Source: a virus
Reading direction: 5' to 3' (one strand)
Virus record (IMG/VR): IMGVR_UViG_3300007516_000005
DNA: 31,880 nt
Shown: piece by piece, positions 15,807 to 26,032 of the stretch
Position numbering within the stretch: position 1 is the stretch's first letter
How the letters are laid out: each line of letters starts with the position of its first letter
Notes under the pieces: model-generated
Told to the model about the DNA's origin: nothing
Database searches by the model: none
The model's input: only the letters and a program-made list of their open reading frames with translations
Program-made: the position numbers and the translations under genes

Positions 15807-16232
15807 ATGGCAGGAGAAAAAGTAATTTCAGGGAATATGAGGTTCACGTTTGGGGACAAAACCATATATCACAGCACAAGCTGCTCACTTTCGTTGAGCC
15901 GCGAATTTAATGAGCGTGCTACAAAAGACACTAATGGCACTGAACGAGCTAAGGGTACAAAAAACTGGAGCGCCACAGTAGAAGGTCTCGCTGTTTATAA
16001 TAGTGATGGTGTCAGTACGATGGACTTCTTTGCGTTATTTGACGCTTATGATGACGATACAGATGCGCCAATTGATGTCGAGTTTTCTCCTGATGAAGCA
16101 GATGCAGGTTTTAAATTGACCGGCGCGGGGTTTATTGAAAATCTGGAAAAAACAATGCCAAATGATGAAGACGCAACAATTTCGTTTTCTGTACTTGGTA
16201 ATGGTTCAATGACTAAGGTTGTAATACCTTAA
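15807..16232 (+). CDS. Major tail (tube) protein
   Basis: 141 aa, immediately upstream of the chaperone pair and the tape measure gene. Confidence 0.65.
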   Translation: MAGEKVISGNMRFTFGDKTIYHSTSCSLSLSREFNERATKDTNGTERAKGTKNWSATVEGLAVYNSDGVSTMDFFALFDAYDDDTDAPIDVEFSPDEADAGFKLTGAGFIENLEKTMPNDEDATISFSVLGNGSMTKVVIP

Positions 16233-16235
16233 GTT

Positions 16236-16613
16236 ATGGATAAGGCACAAAAAATAAACCTAGCCGGAAAGGACTATGAGATAATTTTCTCTTATGGTTC
16301 TTTCCGGTGGCTAGGTAGAAAGTGGGGTTTGAACAAACCAATGATGGTGATGAACCATATAGGAAAGGTTTTGAAAAAAGTAGATAAAGACGGATTGACC
16401 TTTGAGGAAGAAGACATTATCATTGATCTAATAAGAAGTGGTATGGGTCGGGACGATATAGATAGTGATACTCTTATTGAAAGTAATATTTTACTGGATA
16501 TTGAAAAACTTGAATTAGTATTTAATCTATTTCAAGAAAGCTTTACAGATATTATGAATGTGGGAAAGAAGCCGGCGACACCTCCAATAAAACACAAGAC
16601 CAAGACAAATTAA
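16236..16613 (+). CDS. Tail assembly chaperone (G-like, zero-frame product)
   Basis: 125 aa, between the tail tube and tape measure genes. Contains the slippery heptamer near its 3' end. Confidence 0.7.
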   Translation: MDKAQKINLAGKDYEIIFSYGSFRWLGRKWGLNKPMMVMNHIGKVLKKVDKDGLTFEEEDIIIDLIRSGMGRDDIDSDTLIESNILLDIEKLELVFNLFQESFTDIMNVGKKPATPPIKHKTKTN

Positions 16614-16951
16614 CCTTTGATGATCTTGAACAAATTGCCTGTGGTGAGATGGAGATAACCGTGCCTTATTTCTACTCTTTAACGCCCAGGCAATTTTATA
16701 ATATACAGGCTGGTCGTCGCCGAAAAGAAGAAAGAGATTTTAAAGAGCAATGGGAACGCACCCGGGCAATTATAGCAGTTTCTTTAATACCACATTTAAA
16801 AAAAACGGCAAGCCGCGACATCACAAAAATATATCCGTTGCCGTGGGATTCTCAAAAAGGCGAAAGTTTTATAAAAGAAGATCCAAAAATACTAACACAA
16901 AAAGCGCTTGATTTTTGGGCAAAAATTGATAAAAAACAAAAAAATAACTAA
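16236..16951 (+). CDS. Tail assembly chaperone frameshift fusion (GT-like), joined at 16568 by a -1 slip
   Basis: The downstream ORF 16649..16951 is in the -1 frame relative to 16236..16613, and that frame is stop-free back to 16526. The predicted junction reads ...NVGK/EAGDTSNKTQDQDKLTFDD... Confidence 0.6.
16562..16568 (+). promoter_or_regulatory. -1 programmed ribosomal frameshift site, G GGA AAG
   Basis: X XXY YYZ heptamer in the zero frame (V-G-K codons gtg gga aag). The -1 frame is open from 16526 through 16951. Confidence 0.7.
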
Positions 16952-17667
16952 TGGATGTACTGTATATAGTAAGTAAAGGAAGTCCTTATAATAACGAGGC
17001 GCTGCGATATTCATTACGCACTTTAGAAGCCCACGGGCAAAACATTGGGCGTGTGATCATTGTTGGTGAAAACCCAGGCTTTTTAAGTGAACACGCAGAA
17101 TTTTTTGCAAAGCCAGAAGTAAAGGGTCATAGGCCACATAGAATTACTACAAAAATACTCTATGCTATTGAAAAAGCAAACCTTACCGGCGACTTCCTGC
17201 TTATTGCAGAAAATGTTTTTTTTATTAACGACACAGATCTTAATACCATTCCTTATGAGTACAAGAGCGACTTAAAAACGCATCTAACGCATCCTGATAA
17301 ACGTTATTTTCATACCAAGCAGGAAGCAGCACAATGGCTTGAAAAAAATGACCGCGAGATACTGGACTATGAAATGCATAAACCATTTCTGTTTAACGGT
17401 AACAAATTCTTAAACCTTAAAAAAGCCTGGGTACATAGCAAAGCTTCCGCTTTTGGAATGGTGATACAAAGTGTGTATGCCAACTTTTTTGAAGTTCCCG
17501 GCGGTAAATCTACTGATGTGGTGATGAAACACATCCTGTATGCAGCAGATTATGAGATGCTGCTGAATAATTACTGCTTTAGTTGTGGCGATGGTGGCTG
17601 GGAAAGAGGTATTGAAACTTGGTTACAAACAAAATATTCTAATCCTTCTAAATATGAAGTAAGCTAA
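16951..17667 (+). CDS. Stealth-like (CR2-type) putative sugar/sugar-phosphate transferase
   Basis: NNEALRYSLRTLEAHGQNIGRVIIVGENPGFL...LTGDFLLIAENVFFIND parallels the Stealth CR2 pattern NEELRYSLRS...V.dg..P.WL...lse.Fly.NDD. The assignment is from memory of the family. Confidence 0.45.
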   Translation: MDVLYIVSKGSPYNNEALRYSLRTLEAHGQNIGRVIIVGENPGFLSEHAEFFAKPEVKGHRPHRITTKILYAIEKANLTGDFLLIAENVFFINDTDLNTIPYEYKSDLKTHLTHPDKRYFHTKQEAAQWLEKNDREILDYEMHKPFLFNGNKFLNLKKAWVHSKASAFGMVIQSVYANFFEVPGGKSTDVVMKHILYAADYEMLLNNYCFSCGDGGWERGIETWLQTKYSNPSKYEVS

Positions 17668-20108
17668 TGGCAAACTTTGCAGACATATCCATTCGCTTTT
17701 CAGCAGATTTAAAGCAGTTTTCCAGTCAAATGGAAAACGCTCAAAGATCTATGAAGAAATTTGGGAGCCAATTAACCAGTGTGGGCACCGGTTTAAGCGT
17801 CGGTCTTACACTTCCATTAATTGCTTTAGGAGTTAAGAGTGTGCAAGCTTTTGATAAGCAGGAAAAAGCCTTGGCACAAGTAAGGCAGGGATTAATAAGT
17901 ACTGGTAATCAGGCAAAAAAGACGCTTTCAGAATTAGAGACAGAAGCTTTAAAATTACAAAATACATCACTTTTTGGAGATGAAGAAATACTATCAGGGG
18001 TCACTTCGCAATTACTTACGTTTACTAACATTGCCGGTAAAGAATTTTCTCGCACACAACAAGCTGCCTTAGATCTTGCTACACGTCTTGATGGGGACCT
18101 AAAAAGTGCTTCCATACAATTGGGGAAAGCCCTTAATGACCCGATCGCTAATTTAAGCGCATTATCACGTAGTGGGATCCAATTTTCAGTAGAACAAAAA
18201 ACACTTATCAATAGCCTAGCGTCTACAGGTAGAATGGCAGAAGCACAAACGGTTATACTTGACGAGCTTGAAAAACAATATGGTGGTAGTGCAAAAGCAG
18301 CTGCTAAAGCAGGCACTGGTGCCTTAAAACAACTGGGTAATCAAATAAGTGATCTTACAGAAGATTATGGCAAGCTAATATCTGAAGCAATATTGCCTTT
18401 TGTCGATAAAGTAAAAAATGTGGTCAAGGGCTTGCAGGGTATGAGTGATGCAAAAAAGAAAACGGTCGCAGTTGTTGTTGCGTTGGCAGCCGCTTTAGGG
18501 CCATTATTAATAACTATAGGTTTTCTTGCTACTAATATTATACCGGGATTAATCACGGCTTTTGCATTAGCTAAAACAGCATTTACAGCGCTTTCTATTG
18601 CAATTGCGGCAAATCCTTTAGGGGCATTAGCTTTAGCTGTAGCTGCTGTTGCCGCTGCGTTTTTGATTTTTAGGGATAATTCTAATGCTGCTTTTGATGC
18701 TACAAAGGGATTGAATGATGCGCGTAAACAAGCTGCAAAATCTGTCGCTGCTGAAAAATCACAACTGGAGAGATTGATCCAAGTAGCAAAAGACGAAACT
18801 CGCGAAAAACAAGCGCGCTTAAAAGCGATTGAGGCAATCAATAAAATATCGCCAGAGTACCTAGGCAATATCACGCTAGAAAGCATTAATACAGATAAAA
18901 CCACCGCTTCTATAGAGAATTACATTAGCACGTTAAATAAAAAAGCCTTGGCGCAGGCCATAGAAGCAAAACAGCAGGAAGCATACAATGCCTTAATAGA
19001 TGAAAACCTGAAAGCCCAGGATCGTTTAGAAAAACGGCTTGACGATGTGACAAACCGCATCGAGCGCCGCCGTGCAGGACAGCAGGGCGTGTTACAAGGT
19101 GGCGGGCAGCCTGCGCCTTTTGATGCTACAGTGGACAGAAAATTACTGGAAGACCAGGCAAAAGCAGAGTTTGATGCTGCGCTTGCTGTCAACACAAAGG
19201 AGTATGATAATTACATTGAAAAATTAAAAGCAGCAATCGGTAATGGTCCCAGTCTTCAACAATTAATTAACGACATTACTAATAATGATACAGGTGGCGG
19301 GGTTGTGGGTGAAGGATTACGCATAAAAGTAAAAGCAGCTCTAGAATTAGATCCCCAAGGCGCTGTAGGGATTAATGAAACTGTCGATGCTCTTGAAAAG
19401 CAATTACAGGTTTTACAGCTTACCCGGGAAAGCTATGCCGCCACCAGTGAAGAATATCTAAACCTTTCTAATGCTATTGTATTTACAAAACAATCTATTG
19501 ACGATGTGACGGCAGGACTTCCGGGAACGTTGATACCTGAAAGTTTTTATGATACCACCGCAATAGATTTGCTGACCGCAAAGCTAGAACGTCTAAAAGA
19601 AGTTGGGCAATCTGTGGGAGAGGCTGTGGGAGATGCTTTTGAAACTTTTTCTAACAGGTTCATAAATAGTATGAACTTGGCTAAAGATGGCTTTCAGGGT
19701 TTTATGGGTCAAATAGTACAGACGGTTACAAGATTAATTTCTGCAATGCTAGCGCAGTCTATTGCTCAGGCAATAGCAGGGGCAACTGCTGCGGGTACAG
19801 CTACAGGCCCTGCGGCAATATTAACAACACCCGCTTTTATAGCGCAGGCGATATCAGGCGTTTTAGGTGCCTTTGCGTCTATACCAAAGTTTGCTTCCGG
19901 TGGTATAGTTTCTGGACCAACTTTGGGAATTATGGGGGAATACAGCGGTGCAAGATCAAACCCTGAAGTAATCGCGCCGCTTTCAAAATTAAAAGCTTTA
20001 CTAGGCGATACCGGTGCTCAGGTATTTATACCGCAAACGGTTTTAAGGGGTCAGGATATCGTGATCAGTTATGAGCGCACACAAAATAGAAATAACAGGT
20101 TAAAATAA
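17667..20108 (+). CDS. Tape measure protein
   Basis: 813 aa, with coiled-coil regions and a central cluster of Ala/Leu-rich TM-like segments. Position follows the chaperone genes. Confidence 0.9.
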   Translation: MANFADISIRFSADLKQFSSQMENAQRSMKKFGSQLTSVGTGLSVGLTLPLIALGVKSVQAFDKQEKALAQVRQGLISTGNQAKKTLSELETEALKLQNTSLFGDEEILSGVTSQLLTFTNIAGKEFSRTQQAALDLATRLDGDLKSASIQLGKALNDPIANLSALSRSGIQFSVEQKTLINSLASTGRMAEAQTVILDELEKQYGGSAKAAAKAGTGALKQLGNQISDLTEDYGKLISEAILPFVDKVKNVVKGLQGMSDAKKKTVAVVVALAAALGPLLITIGFLATNIIPGLITAFALAKTAFTALSIAIAANPLGALALAVAAVAAAFLIFRDNSNAAFDATKGLNDARKQAAKSVAAEKSQLERLIQVAKDETREKQARLKAIEAINKISPEYLGNITLESINTDKTTASIENYISTLNKKALAQAIEAKQQEAYNALIDENLKAQDRLEKRLDDVTNRIERRRAGQQGVLQGGGQPAPFDATVDRKLLEDQAKAEFDAALAVNTKEYDNYIEKLKAAIGNGPSLQQLINDITNNDTGGGVVGEGLRIKVKAALELDPQGAVGINETVDALEKQLQVLQLTRESYAATSEEYLNLSNAIVFTKQSIDDVTAGLPGTLIPESFYDTTAIDLLTAKLERLKEVGQSVGEAVGDAFETFSNRFINSMNLAKDGFQGFMGQIVQTVTRLISAMLAQSIAQAIAGATAAGTATGPAAILTTPAFIAQAISGVLGAFASIPKFASGGIVSGPTLGIMGEYSGARSNPEVIAPLSKLKALLGDTGAQVFIPQTVLRGQDIVISYERTQNRNNRLK

Positions 20109-22285
20109 TGTTACAAAATTTAAGCATAGAAATTTATGACACTACTCTCCCCACTTGGGAGAAGGTCCCTCTTGAATTTGCAAAAGCAACTACGCTTAAA
20201 CTGGAATATAATGGGGAAGATGCTAAAACAAACGTGATGCTACCTTCTGTTCTAAACCTTTCTATGGAAGTATATATAGCGCCACCGGCAGGCGTGGATG
20301 TAGCAAATTATGATACAGATGCAACTTTCAAACACCTTTTTACCGGCAATGAAACTAGATACCAGGTACATTTAAGGGATGAAGATACAGATAAAATACT
20401 ATGGCGTGGGCACTTGCTGCCTGAACAATATTCAGAACCATATACCCAAAATACATTTTATGTTTCTTTTACCGCTAGTGATGGCCTTGCTAGGCTAAAG
20501 GAAAAAAAACTTCCTGAAGGAATGTACCGCGGCCGTAGTAGTATAGCACATATTATTGCAAACTGCTTATTGCTGACAGGTTTAAATCTTCAGTTTTGGG
20601 TATCGCAAGCTATAAAAAACACTGGTGAAAGCGGAAAGTTTGAAAAAATTGAAACGTGGTTTTACAATTTATCTACCGCTTCTGATGAAGAAAATAAAGA
20701 TGCGTACACCATTCTTGAAGAAGTACTGCAATTGATGGGGTGTGTTTTGTTTCAACAAAATGATACCTGGTATATTGTGGGATGGAACCAGTTTTATAAA
20801 AGCGGAATTTTCTTTGATGTATATAGCCCTGCCGGTATTAGATTTCCGGAATTAGGTCTTGTAAGCCGAAATAATATTTACTTGAAATTTCTAGCAGGTG
20901 TGAATGCAAATATCACAGCACCTTTTAAGCGGGTATTAGTCGAGAGCCCGTTTAAAGAAGATATACAGATTTTCCCTGAAAATATAGCCGGGCAAAACTG
21001 GCGGTTGTTTCAGTGGCAACAATTTCCTTCCCTGCCTGAATACTGGCGGGCAGTTGGTATTTCTTATCCTTATCAAATAGATCTTATTCAAGAAGTTTTT
21101 AATATTTGGACAGACATAAACACCAGTGATGAGCCTATTACAACTGTGGGTTATGTGGGTATATTTAAGCGTGCAACTAATACCGTCAACAATTATTCGG
21201 CGTGGATAGAGCAGGCAAACTTACAATATGTTCTTCCGGGGATGAAGTTTAAAATTACGATAGAATTAATGTTGCAAGGCAATACCGTAGATCAACTCAC
21301 TAATAATAATGTAAAGTTTTCTTTAAATGTAAACGATAGTGTTTTATACAGCAACCGCGGCCAAGGCGTGAATGTAAATCTTACGTTTAGCGATGCCCAG
21401 GCCATCGCAGAAAGCTTTAAGTCGCGCACCGCAAAACTAGAGATAACAGAGTTTACTAATATTTATGAAGGCTTTATGGCTTTGCGCATTTACCGCATCC
21501 AAGGATTTAACGCCATCGCACATATCGCTGTAAAGGATTTAAAAATAGAGCTTTTAGATGCTGAAACAGTTTCAGTAGTAAAAGAAAGAGATATTGATTT
21601 TGCCACCGAATTTAAAATAGCACCTGTCGTTAAGGACTCTTTGTTTTGGAAAAGTGCCAGTATAGTTGTAGATGAACGTCGCACGGGTTACCAGGAAGTA
21701 CCTTTTATAATTACCGATAACCCGCCACTTATTGCTGACACTGATGGTATTTTAAGAGAGTATTCTATACCTGTAGCCATTTCGCCACAAAATGTAAGCT
21801 TAGTAACGGCTAATATATTCAAGCTATACATACGCCGGAAGGACACTGATTTTTACGAAAACATCACAGGCGCTCGCATTGTGCGACCGCAGCCTACTAG
21901 TTTGGGTTTTTTATATATAAATAGTAGGGATGAAAGAAGATTGAGCGCCGGGGATAAGCTGTACATAAACAGCGCGCATTCTAATGTCTTCACCCCTACC
22001 CGCATTGCAGCGCGACAACTTTGGCAAAAAACAGAATTAGCAACAGAGAGTACTAGGTTACACGATTCTCTGGCCCAAGTTGTGCACGACATACATCCTG
22101 AAGCGCTTATAAAATTAGAAGGTGAGACAGAACATCTTGTTTTTCCTTTGGATAAATTGAGATTTAGATTTGACGGTGTTTTGCGTGGTTTTATGCCTTT
22201 ACGCATAGAAAACACTTTAGACAAAGGGCGTTCGCGCATAACAGTAATAGAAGATAAAATACTAAATGTAACAAATTATGTCTAG
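20108..22285 (+). CDS. Tail tip / distal tail structural protein
   Basis: 725 aa, immediately after the tape measure gene and translationally coupled to it (ATG overlaps the upstream stop). No specific motif recognised. Confidence 0.55.
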   Translation: MLQNLSIEIYDTTLPTWEKVPLEFAKATTLKLEYNGEDAKTNVMLPSVLNLSMEVYIAPPAGVDVANYDTDATFKHLFTGNETRYQVHLRDEDTDKILWRGHLLPEQYSEPYTQNTFYVSFTASDGLARLKEKKLPEGMYRGRSSIAHIIANCLLLTGLNLQFWVSQAIKNTGESGKFEKIETWFYNLSTASDEENKDAYTILEEVLQLMGCVLFQQNDTWYIVGWNQFYKSGIFFDVYSPAGIRFPELGLVSRNNIYLKFLAGVNANITAPFKRVLVESPFKEDIQIFPENIAGQNWRLFQWQQFPSLPEYWRAVGISYPYQIDLIQEVFNIWTDINTSDEPITTVGYVGIFKRATNTVNNYSAWIEQANLQYVLPGMKFKITIELMLQGNTVDQLTNNNVKFSLNVNDSVLYSNRGQGVNVNLTFSDAQAIAESFKSRTAKLEITEFTNIYEGFMALRIYRIQGFNAIAHIAVKDLKIELLDAETVSVVKERDIDFATEFKIAPVVKDSLFWKSASIVVDERRTGYQEVPFIITDNPPLIADTDGILREYSIPVAISPQNVSLVTANIFKLYIRRKDTDFYENITGARIVRPQPTSLGFLYINSRDERRLSAGDKLYINSAHSNVFTPTRIAARQLWQKTELATESTRLHDSLAQVVHDIHPEALIKLEGETEHLVFPLDKLRFRFDGVLRGFMPLRIENTLDKGRSRITVIEDKILNVTNYV

Positions 22286-22427
22286 GCTTATACATAAAAT
22301 ATTTTTTCAAGTTGGGGTGATATTGACAGAACCGCCTGTGCCTGGGGATCCTGAATTTACATTTGACAGCCTGGAAGTCACCTTTGATGACAACACTGGC
22401 AACCACACATTTGATTATAACGAATAG
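22278..22427 (+). CDS. Small hypothetical protein (49 aa), below the ORF-track cutoff
   Basis: The ATG at 22278 overlaps the upstream stop. The product MSRLIHKIFFQVGVILTEPPVPGDPEFTFDSLEVTFDDNTGNHTFDYNE fills an otherwise empty 155-nt gap. Confidence 0.4.
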   Translation: MSRLIHKIFFQVGVILTEPPVPGDPEFTFDSLEVTFDDNTGNHTFDYNE

Positions 22428-22439
22428 AAATAAAATATT

Positions 22440-24866
22440 ATGGGATTTTGGAGCGAAGTGCTAGAAGCATTAAAAATTGTAACCACACCGGTAAACAGCG
22501 GTAATGGCGATACCGCTTATGTGGGTGGTAATAAAATTAACCAAAGCTTTCTGGAAGTGGGTAATAAGATAGACACTATACAAACAGCTGCAACCGCTTT
22601 AAATGCCCACGCTTACCGAAACATCTTTTTAAACCCGGCTTTTACTGAAGAAGCGCCTTACTGGCTGTATGTTCTGAATGCTATTAATTACAGTATCACT
22701 AATTTTTATGGTGGTACCGTAACCTGCACGGTAAATCAAAAAATAGTATTTGTACTTATAAAAAACGTGCCAGATCCAAACGGCTCGCCTGTAGGATTAA
22801 TGACACGTGAGTATTATGCATTAAGAAGTGGTGCTTTAAGCGTCTCTCTAGTAGATACTGTAGAAGATATCACGCCATACGGCAGTTTTACAGATGCTAT
22901 AGTAACAGACGGTGATGTAGATGGTTTTTTAATTTATTTAGACGATATAGACGATGCTACTATAGAAGGAGGTTTTAATGCTTCAGCTGCCGGCCCTTTT
23001 GATATGGTGCCGGGAATGTTTGTATCTGCTTTACAATTGGGAGATGTCAATTTGTATTACTGGCAAGGACCAGCGGGCAACTTTGGCACGACCGGTACAG
23101 ATGGACCCGCTATAGCAGATTACTTTTTTTATATAGAAAAATCTGGCCCGCCCCGGGAAAATATATATTTGAATATGGCTGCGATGTATGCAAATCAGAT
23201 AAACCAGACGACAGGCTTTTTTCAATTTGTGCGTGATGCCTCAGCACATAGTGGTGTTATTGCTGGATCTTCTTATTTTGAAAAACTAGCAACAAATACC
23301 GAAGCAGAAATAGATTACCGGTTATTAATTGCTCAGGAAATTATAGGCGGTTCTGCCGCGTCTCCTTTTTTAAGCGCAATAAAATATGCAGGTAGTGCAC
23401 ATACACTAAACAAGCAGCAGCTAAACCGTTTTGTGCAATTTACCGCAGCCAGTGTGACACTTACTATTAGTGATACTATTGTAGAATTAGCGGCAGACGT
23501 GGGTATATTTTCTTTACGCACAGTTGTTGTTTTTGAAGGCACCGGCGCGCATAAAATTATAACTCCAGATGCGGTAGAGCATAATTTTATACAAGGGGAT
23601 ATTGTAAATATTGAACGCGGTAAAGAGGACAGTGATAAATGGTATGTTTATAAGAATAATACAGCTGGCGGCGGCAATATTTTCTTTGATTATCTTACCC
23701 CTGCTGCAATGATCGCGGCACAAGCATCACAATCAGAACAAACTATTTATGTAGTTGAAGATGCTTCTACAGATGTAAATATTACATTTCCACCAGCAGA
23801 AACAAAGTTATGGGCACAGTATCGTTATTTAGGAACTATAAATGGGGATATTACAGATTATCAATTAATTAGTGCGCCTTATTCTAGTGACAGTCGCTTC
23901 GATGAAAAAGAAAACACTTCCAACAAATCAACAAGTATAGAAACGGACAAAACGAGCAACGTTAAATATCCAAGCGTTAAAGCCGTTTATGATTGGGCGG
24001 TTGGGTTGTTTGCTACTATTGCTAATTTGGCTTTAAAAGCACCTTTAGCATCACCAACCTTTACGGGAGTTGTGACCGCTCCTACATTTATAGGACAATT
24101 AACAGGAACTGCGTCAAACAGTTCAAACTTAAATAATCTAAATAGCACTCAATTTTTAAGAAGTGACGTTAATGCTTCCTTTTCAGGAAATTTAAACAGT
24201 AATACCGGATTAGGGAGAACAATTACACTTTATGATAATAATTCCTCAAGAAATAATAGAATTATACTAGGCGCTGATGTCAACGGAGGATTTATCAGAG
24301 GTTCTTTTTCTTCGGGAGGTACTAGTAATTTAATCTTAAATCAAACAATTGGAAACGTAGGAATACGAACAAACACACCTGCTGAAAGCCTTGACGTTAC
24401 GGGAAACATTAAACTTTCAGGAATCCATATCTTAGGTCAATACACCACAGCCACAGAACCCGCATACGTAAAAGGAGCGCAGTATTTCAATACCACATTG
24501 AATAAAATGAAGGTTGGCGGTGAAACTGAATGGGAGATTTTAGCTTATGCTGGAGATTTTATAAAAGAAATTAAAACCATATCAGCAGATACATATACTC
24601 TCTTAGCAGAAGATTTTGATAAAAAACTACATTTCACAAGCGCTACTGATACTACTGTTACTCTTCCAACAGGATTACCTTTGGGAAACCCCTATGAGGG
24701 AAAACAAATGGGCGCAGGTCAAGTAAGGTTCACAAATGCAGTAGGAGTTACACTAAACAAAAGTGCAACAGATACGCTAAAGACAGCAGACCAATACAGT
24801 GTTTTTGGACTTGATTGCACAGCTACTGATGAATATGTATTATTTGGAAAACTAGAACTTGAATAA
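22440..24866 (+). CDS. Tail fibre / receptor-binding protein
   Basis: 808 aa. Contains KYPSVKAVYDW followed by APLASPTFTGVVTAPTFIG and an Asn/Ser-rich repeat region, as in phage tail fibres. Confidence 0.8.
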   Translation: MGFWSEVLEALKIVTTPVNSGNGDTAYVGGNKINQSFLEVGNKIDTIQTAATALNAHAYRNIFLNPAFTEEAPYWLYVLNAINYSITNFYGGTVTCTVNQKIVFVLIKNVPDPNGSPVGLMTREYYALRSGALSVSLVDTVEDITPYGSFTDAIVTDGDVDGFLIYLDDIDDATIEGGFNASAAGPFDMVPGMFVSALQLGDVNLYYWQGPAGNFGTTGTDGPAIADYFFYIEKSGPPRENIYLNMAAMYANQINQTTGFFQFVRDASAHSGVIAGSSYFEKLATNTEAEIDYRLLIAQEIIGGSAASPFLSAIKYAGSAHTLNKQQLNRFVQFTAASVTLTISDTIVELAADVGIFSLRTVVVFEGTGAHKIITPDAVEHNFIQGDIVNIERGKEDSDKWYVYKNNTAGGGNIFFDYLTPAAMIAAQASQSEQTIYVVEDASTDVNITFPPAETKLWAQYRYLGTINGDITDYQLISAPYSSDSRFDEKENTSNKSTSIETDKTSNVKYPSVKAVYDWAVGLFATIANLALKAPLASPTFTGVVTAPTFIGQLTGTASNSSNLNNLNSTQFLRSDVNASFSGNLNSNTGLGRTITLYDNNSSRNNRIILGADVNGGFIRGSFSSGGTSNLILNQTIGNVGIRTNTPAESLDVTGNIKLSGIHILGQYTTATEPAYVKGAQYFNTTLNKMKVGGETEWEILAYAGDFIKEIKTISADTYTLLAEDFDKKLHFTSATDTTVTLPTGLPLGNPYEGKQMGAGQVRFTNAVGVTLNKSATDTLKTADQYSVFGLDCTATDEYVLFGKLELE

Positions 24867-25189
24867 TGAGTAACGTAGGCATCATAGCATCGAGCAGATT
24901 AATGGCAGGGGCAGCTATAGTAGTGGCAATATCAGACCTCGCAGCAACCGATAAAGAAGAAACAACAATAACTTTGGGATGGACAACGCCTGTGGGTAGC
25001 ACAAACCCGATAGACTACTACAAAGTATATTTAGACGGTGTATTCCACGAAAACACAACAGACGATACGCCAAGTTGGATAACCACAGGATTGACATCAG
25101 GCACAAGCTATGATATTACGTTGATTACTGTTGATACTTTGGGGAATGAAAGTGTGGCGAGTAATTTGGTGGTGGAGACTACAAAATAA
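24866..25189 (+). CDS. Fibronectin type III domain protein
   Basis: TITLGWTTP...YYKVYLDG...TGLTSGTSYDITLITVDTLGNES matches the FN3 pattern. Confidence 0.65.
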   Translation: MSNVGIIASSRLMAGAAIVVAISDLAATDKEETTITLGWTTPVGSTNPIDYYKVYLDGVFHENTTDDTPSWITTGLTSGTSYDITLITVDTLGNESVASNLVVETTK

Positions 25190-25220
25190 CTAGAATAATT
25201 AACAATTAAATAACAATAAT

Positions 25221-25514
25221 ATGTCAGTATTTACAGAAAATCGAACTCCTTATGAGTTCTTAATCCGTTGGGATAACAATGGGGTAATTCAAGGGGCACA
25301 TATCGCCTTTCTTGATACCGTATTAAAAGACGGTGAAATTATCAACCAAACGCAAACGAGCGTTGAAAGTGTTGCAATAGCGGAACAAGTTGGGTTTCCT
25401 TTGGCAGATGTTTTAAGTCAATTGCAAATCGATGCGCTAAAACAAGTTGACGTTCTCAACGCTGAAATAGTTGTTTTGAAAGCGGAGAATGAAAGTTTGA
25501 AAAACTCAGATTAA
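25221..25514 (+). CDS. Hypothetical protein with a C-terminal coiled coil
   Basis: 97-aa ATG ORF between the tail fibre and the lysis genes. Confidence 0.5.
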   Translation: MSVFTENRTPYEFLIRWDNNGVIQGAHIAFLDTVLKDGEIINQTQTSVESVAIAEQVGFPLADVLSQLQIDALKQVDVLNAEIVVLKAENESLKNSD

Positions 25515-25580
25515 AAAATATGAGACTTCAACAATTAAAAGATTTCTTGTTAAATAATTTTAATATAATTTGGGATAACG

Positions 25581-25790
25581 ATGAGAATATTTAAGAAGTT
25601 TGGTAGGCTACAAAAAGTAGAAAACAAAGATAGGAAGTTTGGTGCTGGCACTAAATATATAGCGGTGTGGGTTGACCAAGAAAAAGGTAAACACGCTAGG
25701 TGTTTAATGTTCACAGAACTTGAAATTAATGATGCTCTTGCACGGGCACAAAAAAATATTGAAGATGTGCCTAAAAATAATTGGTTATGA
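25581..25790 (+). CDS. Hypothetical protein
   Basis: 69-aa ATG ORF whose stop overlaps the next start. Confidence 0.5.
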   Translation: MRIFKKFGRLQKVENKDRKFGAGTKYIAVWVDQEKGKHARCLMFTELEINDALARAQKNIEDVPKNNWL

Positions 25791-26008
25791 AAACAAAACT
25801 AATTTATGCAGCAATTATAGCAGCTATCTTTATAGCAGCTATGGTAATTTTTAACAAGACCACTACACTAGGGGAGATAATACTCGCCTTTGTTAGTTCA
25901 GGTTTTGCAATTGGATATGTGTGGGAGTGGATAACCGCCATAGAAATTAAAAAAGAATTTAAAGAATATACTGGAATTTCTTTCAAAAATTTTAAAAACA
26001 ACAAATAA
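25787..26008 (+). CDS. Small two-TM membrane protein (holin/antiholin candidate)
   Basis: ATG at 25787 (ATGA overlap with the upstream stop). TM segments LIYAAIIAAIFIAAMVIF and IILAFVSSGFAIGYVW, with a charged C-terminus. Confidence 0.45.
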   Translation: MKTKLIYAAIIAAIFIAAMVIFNKTTTLGEIILAFVSSGFAIGYVWEWITAIEIKKEFKEYTGISFKNFKNNK

Positions 26009-26032
26009 CATAAACCTACAAATTGCCTCAAA

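Noticed and set aside
17909-19195. Three long minus-strand ORFs (17909..18316, 18365..18904, 18920..19195) inside the tape measure gene
   Set aside because: They are antisense shadows of an Ala/Leu/Lys-rich coding region, their translations are low-complexity, and the + strand gene is fully supported by synteny.
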